The notes below the pieces were generated by a model that saw nothing but the letters and a program-made list of their open reading frames with translations, was not told where the DNA came from and searched no databases. From Terriglobia bacterium (lineage in GTDB: Bacteria; Acidobacteriota; Terriglobia; JAJPHL01; JAPKYU01), in assembly GCA_965223005.1 (NCBI GenBank), contig CBDCVK010000002.1:81431-145430 (forward strand): a stretch of DNA of 64,000 nucleotides, in the 5' to 3' direction. Made by a program: the position numbers and the translations under genes. Below are positions 8,272 through 14,766 of this stretch, piece after piece (positions within the stretch are counted from its first letter, which is position 1; each line of letters begins with the position of its first letter).

Positions 8272-10449
8272 CTATTTCTGTTTCATTTCTCGGGGTTGTC
8301 TCTTCAGGTTCTCTTCGGCGTGCTTGGCCCGGATGGCCTGGGCGTGGGCCTCGGCCTTTTCTGCCTCGGCTCTGCGGTTCGTCTTTTCCAAGAGGACTGC
8401 GTAATTGTCCAGGATCGTGGCGACTTCTGGATGCGAGGTACCCACCGCCTTTTCGCAGACCGCGAGCGCGTGCTTGTAGAGTGGCTCCGCGTCCTCATAC
8501 TTGCCCTGCTCGCGGTAGAGAGTCGCCAAGTTCCTAAGGGTGATGGCGTTATCGGGGTGTTCCGGCCCCAGGACCTTTTCCCGGATCACGAGCGCGCGGT
8601 GGAACAGCGGCTCGGCGTCGCCATATTTACCTTGCTCGCGGTAGATCTCGGCCAAGCCGTCGAGGCTGCTCGCCACGTCGGGATGCTCCGGTCCCAGAAG
8701 CTTCTCCTGGATCGCCAGCGCGCGCTTCAAGAACGGTTCGGCTTCAGCGTAGTCACCCTGGACGCGGTAAAGCTTCGCCAGGTTGTTGAGGCTCGTGGCT
8801 ACCTTGGGATGTTCCGTTCCCAGAACCTTCTCCTGGATCGCCAGCAAGCGCTTGTAGAGTGGTTCGGCCGCGGCGTAGTTGGCCCGAATGTCGTAAAGCT
8901 CCGCCAGGTTGTTCAGGCTCGTGGCCACGTCGGGATGCTCGGGCTCCAGAGTCTTCTCCCGGATTGCCAGCAAGCGTTTGAAAAGCCGTTCGGCTTCCAC
9001 GTGGTTGTCTTGGCTGCGGTAAAGCCGTGCCAGGTTGTTGAGGGTCTGGGCCGCATCGGGATGCTCCGGCCCTAAAACCTTCTCCCGGATCGCCAGCAAG
9101 CGCTTGTGGAGCGGTTCGGCCGCCGCGTAGTTGCCCTGGCTGTCGTACAGCCCGGCCAAGTTATTGAGGCTCGTGGCCACCTCGGGATGCTCCGGCCCTA
9201 GAACCTTCTCCTGGATCGCCAGCGAGCGCTTGTAGAGCGGTTCGGCTGCGCCGTAGTTGCCCTGGGTGCGGTAAATCCCCGCCAGGTTGTTGAGGCTCCT
9301 GGCCACATCGGGATGCTCCGGCCCCAGAACCTTCTCCTGGATCGCCAGCGCGCGCTTGAAGAGCGATTCGGCTGCGAGATAGTTCGCCTGGGTGTCATAC
9401 AGCACCGCCAGGTTGTGAAGACTCGTGGCCACATCAGGATGCTCCGGCCCCAGAGCCTTCTCCTGGATCGCCAGCGCGCGCTTGAAGAGCGGTTCGGCTG
9501 CGGCGAACCTGAGCGGGAACTGATCCGGGTAGTTGCCCTGGAGACGGTAAAGCTCCGCCAGGTTATTGAGGCTCGTGGCCACATCGGGATGCTGCGGCCC
9601 CAGAACCTTCTCCCGGATCGCCAGCGAGCGCTTGAAGAGCGGTTCGGCTTCCGCGTAGTTCTCCAGGGTGTGATAAAGTCCCGCCAGGTTGTTCAGGCTC
9701 GTGGCCACATCGGGATGCTGAGGCCCTAAAACCTTCTCCCGGATCGCCAGCGAACGTTTCGAAAGCGGTTTGGCTTCGGTGTAGTTGCCCTGGGCGCGGT
9801 AAAGCTCCGCCAGGTTATTAAGGCTCATGGCCACATCGGGATGCTCCGGCCCCAGAACCTTCTCCCGCATCGCCAGCGAGCGCTTGTAGAGCGGTTCGGC
9901 TTCCGCGTAGTTGGCCTGGGTGTCGTAAAGCACCGCCAGGTTGTTCAGGCTTGCGGCTACGCTGGGATGCTGCGGCCCCAGAGCCTTCTCCTGGATCGTC
10001 AGCGCGCGCTTGTAGAGCGGTTCGGCTTCCGCGTACTTGCCCTGGGCGTGATGCAGCCCCGCCAGGTTGTTCAGGCTCCTGGCCACAACGGGATGTTCCG
10101 GCCCCAGAACCTTCTCCCGCATCGCCAGCGAGCGCTTCAACAGCGGTTCGGCTTCCGCGTACTTGCCCTGGGCATGATACAGCCCCGCCAGGTTGTTCAG
10201 GCTCGTGGCCAGGCGCGGATCCGCTGGCGTGAAGACTTCCGCTTCGTTCAGGGCAGCTTTGAGCTGCTTTTCGGCCTCGGCGTATCGGCCTTCCCGATAG
10301 GCCTTGGTTGCTGCCTCCATGTAGGTCTCCCAGTCCGACGCCTGCGCCGAGGCGAAGTCTCCTGCGAAGACCAACAAGACGAGCGACAGCAAACCCACCA
10401 GCAACCAAGCATTGTCCTTGCCGGCCATTGCGATCACTCTTCTCGTCAT
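8272..10449 (-). CDS. Secreted tetratricopeptide-repeat protein, full-length paralog with a lysine/glutamate-rich C-terminal tail
   Basis: 725-aa ORF with the same leader (MTRRVIAMAGKDNAWLLVGLLSL..) and about 15 42-aa TPR units. One unit carries an 8-aa insertion (LQGNYPDQFPLRFAAAEP). Confidence 0.9.
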   Translation of the reverse strand: MTRRVIAMAGKDNAWLLVGLLSLVLLVFAGDFASAQASDWETYMEAATKAYREGRYAEAEKQLKAALNEAEVFTPADPRLATSLNNLAGLYHAQGKYAEAEPLLKRSLAMREKVLGPEHPVVARSLNNLAGLHHAQGKYAEAEPLYKRALTIQEKALGPQHPSVAASLNNLAVLYDTQANYAEAEPLYKRSLAMREKVLGPEHPDVAMSLNNLAELYRAQGNYTEAKPLSKRSLAIREKVLGPQHPDVATSLNNLAGLYHTLENYAEAEPLFKRSLAIREKVLGPQHPDVATSLNNLAELYRLQGNYPDQFPLRFAAAEPLFKRALAIQEKALGPEHPDVATSLHNLAVLYDTQANYLAAESLFKRALAIQEKVLGPEHPDVARSLNNLAGIYRTQGNYGAAEPLYKRSLAIQEKVLGPEHPEVATSLNNLAGLYDSQGNYAAAEPLHKRLLAIREKVLGPEHPDAAQTLNNLARLYRSQDNHVEAERLFKRLLAIREKTLEPEHPDVATSLNNLAELYDIRANYAAAEPLYKRLLAIQEKVLGTEHPKVATSLNNLAKLYRVQGDYAEAEPFLKRALAIQEKLLGPEHPDVASSLDGLAEIYREQGKYGDAEPLFHRALVIREKVLGPEHPDNAITLRNLATLYREQGKYEDAEPLYKHALAVCEKAVGTSHPEVATILDNYAVLLEKTNRRAEAEKAEAHAQAIRAKHAEENLKRQPREMKQK
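8400..10209 (-). repeat. 126-bp tandem coding repeat array (TPR units)
   Basis: Same periodic motif. Coordinates are approximate. Confidence 0.75.
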
Positions 10450-10497
10450 CGGCCCTATCTTTAGAAGGACAAGGAAACGCGGAACGCGGAGGCTCTA

Positions 10498-12267
10498 TTA
10501 TTTGCCTTTTTTCCGAAGGGTCTTGATGGGTGTCATGCCCTGACCTTCAGTGACTTGCAGGAACTGATCACCCTGGATATCTCGGAAGTTTTCCACCACC
10601 CCACTCGGCCAACGTATTTCAAGACGCTTAACGTGGGTTTCCTGACCCAATCCGAAGTGAACACGCGAGTCGTTGTGGGAGAGATAACTCCCTCCAGATC
10701 GGACCTCGGTGGTTTGCGTCCGACCCCCGACTTCTGCTGTGATCCTCGCCCCGATCGCGTCTCGGTTGCTCTTCCTTCCCACCAGCCGGAGTGTGACCCA
10801 ATGATTTCTGTTTCCGCCCTCATTGCGCAGCAGGCTTGGACGGTCATCAAGGTTGGTGAGCAGGATATCCACATCTCCATCATTATCGTAGTCGCCAAAC
10901 GCAGCTCCCCGGCTTGACTTCCTTGTTAAAAGACCGCTCCCCAGCTCCTCAGTGAGCTCCAGGAAGCGTCCGTTTCCTTGATTTTGATAGAGCTGGTTAA
11001 GTTCCAGAAATGTCGAGCCAAACGCAAATTGATCAATTTTTGGGTAAATATGCCCGTTAGCGATGAAAATGTCGAGATAGCCGTCATTGTCAAGGTCCAC
11101 CAGGCCCGTTCCCCAGCCAAGGTACGGCAGGGAGGATCGCCCTAGACCGGCCGCGGAGGTCACGACGTTGAACGTTTCGTCCCCGTTATTCTGGTAAAGA
11201 GTGTTCGTATCTTCGGAAAAATTTGTAACAAAGATGTCAAAATAGCCGTCGTTGTTGTAATCGCCCACGTCGACGCCCATACCTGCCTGTGGCCGTCCTT
11301 CCTCGCTGAGAGCCACACCGGCTTCTAATCCCACTTCAGAGAAGGTCCCGTCCTTATTATTCTGAAAGAGAAAATTGGGTGTTGAATCATTGGCGACATA
11401 GATGTCGGGCCAGTCATCGTTGTTCAGATCGCTGAAAATAACCCCAAACCCATAGTATCCAGGATCGTCGATTTTGGCAGACTGCGTCACGTCCTTGAAC
11501 GTGCCATCGCCGTTGTTGCGATACAACACATCGGGCTCGCCGGGGAGGCCGCGCGGTCCGCAGAACACGTCCATCCCTCTGTACTGACAGAGTGAACTGG
11601 TACCGCGCCTAGGAGTTGTCTTCTCGTCGAACGCGACGTAATTTGCTACGTAAAGATCGACATATCCGTCGCGATTATAATCACCAAAAGCGCAAGTGGT
11701 GCTCCAGTGGGAATCGCCTGCGCTTGCTCGCTCCGTTACGTCGGCGAAGGTGCCGTCCCCCTTATTTCGAAATAATACGTTCGGGCCGTAGGCAGTAACG
11801 TAGACGTCCTGGAACCCGCTGTTGTCATAGTCGGCCACACAAACGCCCATGCCCCAGCCTTCTTTGGTCAGGCCACTTTGGCCAGTGACGTCCGAAAATG
11901 TTCCCTTCCCGTCATTGCTGTAGAGGGCCACCATCGGACCGCCGCCTTGCTTGAACTTTTCAAATGTGGAGCCGTTGACGAGCAGCAGGTCCATGTCCCC
12001 ATCGTCATCGTAGTCAAAGAATGCTGCTCCGTTGCCCGCCGCCTCCAGAATATACTCTTTCCTGGGTCCTCCCGAAACGTTCAGCAGGGTCACGCCTGCT
12101 TTTCCCGCCACGTCATTGAAACGTATTGGTAGGCGCGGCTGAGCAGAAGCGGTCTCCGACAGCCCCACAAGGGCGGCGAGAAAAGACAACAAGGCCAACG
12201 TCAAGCCGACCCCACGCTTTCGCCGGCTCAGCTTCTGTGCCACTCCTGTCCTGTTTCTCAGCAGCAT
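10498..12267 (-). CDS. CRTAC1-family protein (FG-GAP/VCBS repeats plus ASPIC/UnbV domain), secreted
   Basis: 589-aa ORF. Signal peptide LTLALLSFLAALVGLSETASA. Repeats DYDDDGDMDLLLVNG, DYDNSGFQDVYVT, DYNRDGYVDLYVANY, DLNNDDWPDIYVAND, DYNNDGYFDIFVTNF, DLDNDGYLDIFIANG, DYDNDGDVDILLTN. Tail NHWVTLRLVGRKSNRDAIGARI..GGSYLSHNDSRVHFGLG..LEIRWPSGV. Confidence 0.9.
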   Translation of the reverse strand: MLLRNRTGVAQKLSRRKRGVGLTLALLSFLAALVGLSETASAQPRLPIRFNDVAGKAGVTLLNVSGGPRKEYILEAAGNGAAFFDYDDDGDMDLLLVNGSTFEKFKQGGGPMVALYSNDGKGTFSDVTGQSGLTKEGWGMGVCVADYDNSGFQDVYVTAYGPNVLFRNKGDGTFADVTERASAGDSHWSTTCAFGDYNRDGYVDLYVANYVAFDEKTTPRRGTSSLCQYRGMDVFCGPRGLPGEPDVLYRNNGDGTFKDVTQSAKIDDPGYYGFGVIFSDLNNDDWPDIYVANDSTPNFLFQNNKDGTFSEVGLEAGVALSEEGRPQAGMGVDVGDYNNDGYFDIFVTNFSEDTNTLYQNNGDETFNVVTSAAGLGRSSLPYLGWGTGLVDLDNDGYLDIFIANGHIYPKIDQFAFGSTFLELNQLYQNQGNGRFLELTEELGSGLLTRKSSRGAAFGDYDNDGDVDILLTNLDDRPSLLRNEGGNRNHWVTLRLVGRKSNRDAIGARITAEVGGRTQTTEVRSGGSYLSHNDSRVHFGLGQETHVKRLEIRWPSGVVENFRDIQGDQFLQVTEGQGMTPIKTLRKKGK

Positions 12268-12289
12268 GTGGCTAAGTTGTCCTGACTGA

Positions 12290-12440
12290 CCTGAAAGGCT
12301 TGTTGCATAATTGTAAACTTAATTGTTGTTATCCTCAATGTAATTAAAAATAACTAGATTTCTACTGACTCGGGCCTGTCTAGCCTTCTTATCTACCCCA
12401 GCGCCGAACACTTGATCATTACTCTGGCCCGTTGATTCAT
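12290..12440 (-). promoter_or_regulatory. AT-rich island upstream of the CRTAC1/TPR gene string. Putative promoter region.
   Basis: Sharp local GC drop (..cataattgtaaacttaattgttgttatcctcaatgtaattaaaaataactagatttc..) starting about 20 bp upstream of the start codon at 12267. No specific -35/-10 assignment attempted. Confidence 0.3.
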
Positions 12441-12472
12441 CAAAACATTTTACTTAATCGAAATGTTCCTTT

Positions 12473-12528
12473 TGAGCTTCCTCCTTCTACCCAGAGCATA
12501 CGCTGGCTGCCCCGTTGGATCAAGCTCA
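12473..12528. repeat. Hairpin-forming element, copy 1 of a diverged direct repeat
   Basis: TGAGCTT (12473-12479) pairs with AAGCTCA (12522-12528), enclosing about 42 nt. It aligns by eye at roughly 70-75% with the copy at 12688-12741. Confidence 0.5.
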
Positions 12529-12687
12529 CCACGGCCCTTCTGGCCTTGCTCCAACTCGCCGCTTGCGAGAGAAGCCCTTGTACTCCACCGACGGATGCGC
12601 TTGAAAGACCACCGCTTTTCATTCGCCCCGGGTTCTAGTCAATCCACACAGGGTACGAACGAAAGTTTAGTCTGGAACTCTCGATTT

Positions 12688-12741
12688 GAGCTTCCAGCTT
12701 AGCCCAAAAGCACACGGTAGCTACCCAGTCGGCTCAAGCTC
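12688..12741. repeat. Hairpin-forming element, copy 2
   Basis: GAGCTT (12688-12693) pairs with AAGCTC (12736-12741). Shares TTTGAGCTTCC..GCT(G/A)CCC(C/A)GT(T/C)GG(A/C)TCAAGCTC with copy 1, 214 bp away. Confidence 0.5.
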
Positions 12742-12966
12742 TCATCGTCACTCTTCCGGGTTGCGCCGTGGCTCGCCCTTGGCCGTTCCGCTGACTTGCG
12801 GGGTCTGCTTCCTGCCTCCAACCTGCCTCGCGGGGGGATTCCTAACCCAAGATCATGCCTCGGGCCGGACCTTGGGTGTGCAGGCCGTTCGACAGGCACC
12901 CGCTACATTTCTCGCTACAGTAGGCGTACGGATTCAGCGCAAAAAGAGCGGAACTGTAAGAAAAAA

Positions 12967-13043
12967 TGGCGCGCCCGGAGAGACTCGAACTCCCGACCTA
13001 CTGGTTCGTAGCCAGTCGCTCTATCCAACTGAGCTACGGGCGC
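12967..13043 (-). tRNA. tRNA-Arg, anticodon ACG, with encoded CCA
   Basis: The reverse complement folds as a canonical 77-nt cloverleaf: GCGCCCG-TA-GCTC-AGTTGGATA-GAGC-G-ACTGG-CTACGAA-CCAGT-AGGTC-GGGAG-TTCGAGT-CTCTC-CGGGCGC-G-CCA. Confidence 0.93.
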
Positions 13044-13158
13044 GCGCCAACCAGTCTACCGATGTGCCGACCATCAAGTCAATCTTGGCGGGCCTGCGGG
13101 GATTCGGACGTAGAAATCCAAGACCAGTATCCGTCGCGGAATGTGCAGCTTCCGATAG

Positions 13159-14659
13159 CTAGCAGCCCGTGTCTAAACCGGCCTTTGGGCCGGCCTCTTT
13201 TTCAGGCGGGGCAAGTGAAGAGCAAAGCCGTGAATTTGACCGTTGCACCAGGATAGGGGCGTGGGGGATTCGGGGTGGGCCATTCTTGTGGCAGTGATCC
13301 AGAAAACGAGCAAAAACAGCTCGGTGATGCGGTCTTGCAGGCCTCGCGGGGTTCCCGCCCCCAGCAGCTGGCGCAAAACTAGCGCCAGGTTGCAGGCTGC
13401 TGCCTGCAGCAACAGTTTCTTTTGCACGTTTATCTTCCCACGGACATACAAGCGTCTCATCCTGCCCGTCTCATACATGTGCGCAAACGGACGCTCCAGC
13501 ATCTCCCCACGTTTCCGCAGCAGCGCCTTCCCTCGCTGCCCCGTCACCCGCCGCCGATTGCGGTAGACCGCCGCCTTCTGCTCTTCCTTGCCCGTCCATT
13601 GCCGCCGTCCCCGCTCCGGCTCCGCAATGTAGGTCCGCACCTCCATCGCCTGCATCTCTGCCAGCACTTCCCCACTGTGATACCCCTTGTCGGCCACCAC
13701 CTCTTCCACCCCGTCTGCGTTCACCACAAACTCCCCTTCGGCCGTGGGTGTCGCGATCTGCTCGCCCACCGCCGCGCCGGCCGCCGGCAGGGTCTGCTGA
13801 ACCGATTCCGTGTCGCCGGTCGCTCCCCCGTGCGCCGTCAGCGCCACAATCGCCCCAGTCTCCATGTCCACCGCATGCTCGGCCTTGTAAGCCAGTGCCG
13901 TGCGCCCGTCCTTCATCCGGGTGATCTCCGCTTCCCGATCATGTGGGTTCACCCACTTCGCATTGGACATCTTCTTCGGTCGGCAGCGGTCCATCCTCCG
14001 CAGCGCCGCTGCATCCTGGGCTTCGATCCCTTCGGCCTCCGCCAACCGCTTCAGGTACTCCGTATAGCTTTCCCCGCTGTCCCGCCGCATGATCGACCTC
14101 ATGGCCGCGTTGGCTTCCAGCGTGGTGGCGTCAATGCCGATCGTCTTGCCCTTCAGCAGGCCCCGTTCGGCCACCAGCCGCAGCACCCATCCAAACACTT
14201 CCTGGTGCGTCGGCTCGTCCATCAGCCGCCGCGTGCGCGAGATCGTCACATGATCCGGCGTCTGTTCATCCAGCCCAATCTGCAAAAACTGCCGCAAACT
14301 CAAGGAATCGGCCACCCGCCAGGCGATGCCTCGCTCGCTGTCGATCCCCTCGAAGAAGCCGATCAGCATCAACCGGAAGTACATCCCCGGCGGCAACGAC
14401 GGTCGGCCCAGCCGCTCGTGGTAGAACTGCCGGCACCGACTCTCGCAGAATCGATCAAAATCGGCTTCCTCCAACAGTTGGTGCAGCCGCCGGTAGAACG
14501 GGTGTCCGGGCGCCTCGGCCAACTCTGCCCGATACCACAGCGGCTCTTGTCGCTGACGATGCTTGCGCGTTCCCATGGCCATGGCCCGATTGTAAGTAAG
14601 AACATTTCCGAAGTAACATGTTTCTTCCCCATCTGGCGATTTTAGACACGGGCTGCTAG
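13159..14659 (-). mobile_element. Complete insertion sequence, IS5/IS1182-like, about 1.5 kb
   Basis: Perfect 19-bp terminal inverted repeats: CTAGCAGCCCGTGTCTAAA at 13159-13177 and its reverse complement at 14641-14659. They enclose one transposase ORF. The outermost CTAG on each side could instead be a 4-bp target duplication. Confidence 0.85.
13173..14582 (-). CDS. DDE transposase, IS5/IS1182 family (InsH-type N-terminal domain plus DDE domain)
   Basis: 469-aa ORF. N-terminus ..LWYRAELAEAPGHPFYRRLHQLLEEADFDRFCE..YHERLGRPSLPPGMYFRLMLIGFFEGIDSERGIAWRVADSLSLRQFL. Also ..GIDATTLEANAA.. and the tail RRLYVRGKINVQKKLLLQAAACNLALVLRQL, typical of this family. Confidence 0.85.
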   Translation of the reverse strand: MAMGTRKHRQRQEPLWYRAELAEAPGHPFYRRLHQLLEEADFDRFCESRCRQFYHERLGRPSLPPGMYFRLMLIGFFEGIDSERGIAWRVADSLSLRQFLQIGLDEQTPDHVTISRTRRLMDEPTHQEVFGWVLRLVAERGLLKGKTIGIDATTLEANAAMRSIMRRDSGESYTEYLKRLAEAEGIEAQDAAALRRMDRCRPKKMSNAKWVNPHDREAEITRMKDGRTALAYKAEHAVDMETGAIVALTAHGGATGDTESVQQTLPAAGAAVGEQIATPTAEGEFVVNADGVEEVVADKGYHSGEVLAEMQAMEVRTYIAEPERGRRQWTGKEEQKAAVYRNRRRVTGQRGKALLRKRGEMLERPFAHMYETGRMRRLYVRGKINVQKKLLLQAAACNLALVLRQLLGAGTPRGLQDRITELFLLVFWITATRMAHPESPTPLSWCNGQIHGFALHLPRLKKRPAQRPV

Positions 14660-14766
14660 GCTAATGAAGGGTGTGGCGATCTGAACTTGACCCAATAGGA
14701 CACCTGGATGTACACTTGCGAGTAAGGGGAGGAGTTCAAATCGAAGTTTCAGCCGGAGCTGAGGAG

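Noticed and set aside
3031-10449. Regular 126-bp periodic repeats that could superficially resemble a repeat array or CRISPR.
   Set aside because: The periodicity is exactly 42 codons inside long open frames encoding TPR units. There is no repeat/unique-spacer alternation and there are no cas genes.
12440-12960. Possible RNase P RNA on the minus strand. It has a 12-nt match GGAGCAAGGCCA and GGGUAG / CUUGAGCC-like strings reminiscent of E. coli M1 RNA.
   Set aside because: The near-invariant P4 strands (GAGGAAAGUCCGGGC and ACAGAACCCGGCUUA) are absent. The candidate strands are not complementary, and the order of matching strings is wrong. The repeated matches are explained by the internal duplication of the hairpin element.
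12860-13220. Possible tmRNA. The plus strand has GGGUGUGCAGGCCGUUCGACAGG, which resembles a tmRNA 5-prime end.
   Set aside because: There is no tRNA-like 3-prime end (GGUUCGAxUCC..CCACCA) and no tag reading frame ending in ..LAA. It would also have to overlap the tRNA-Arg gene and the IS end.
13422-14645. 407-aa plus-strand ORF inside the IS.
   Set aside because: It is antisense to the well-supported transposase, and its product is proline/arginine/histidine-rich with no motifs.
14671-14766. Using the track start at 14671 for the DUF1549/1553 gene.
   Set aside because: That start lies 12 bp from the IS terminus and adds 32 residues before the signal peptide. ATG at 14767 has a GGAG-type RBS and gives a normal signal sequence.
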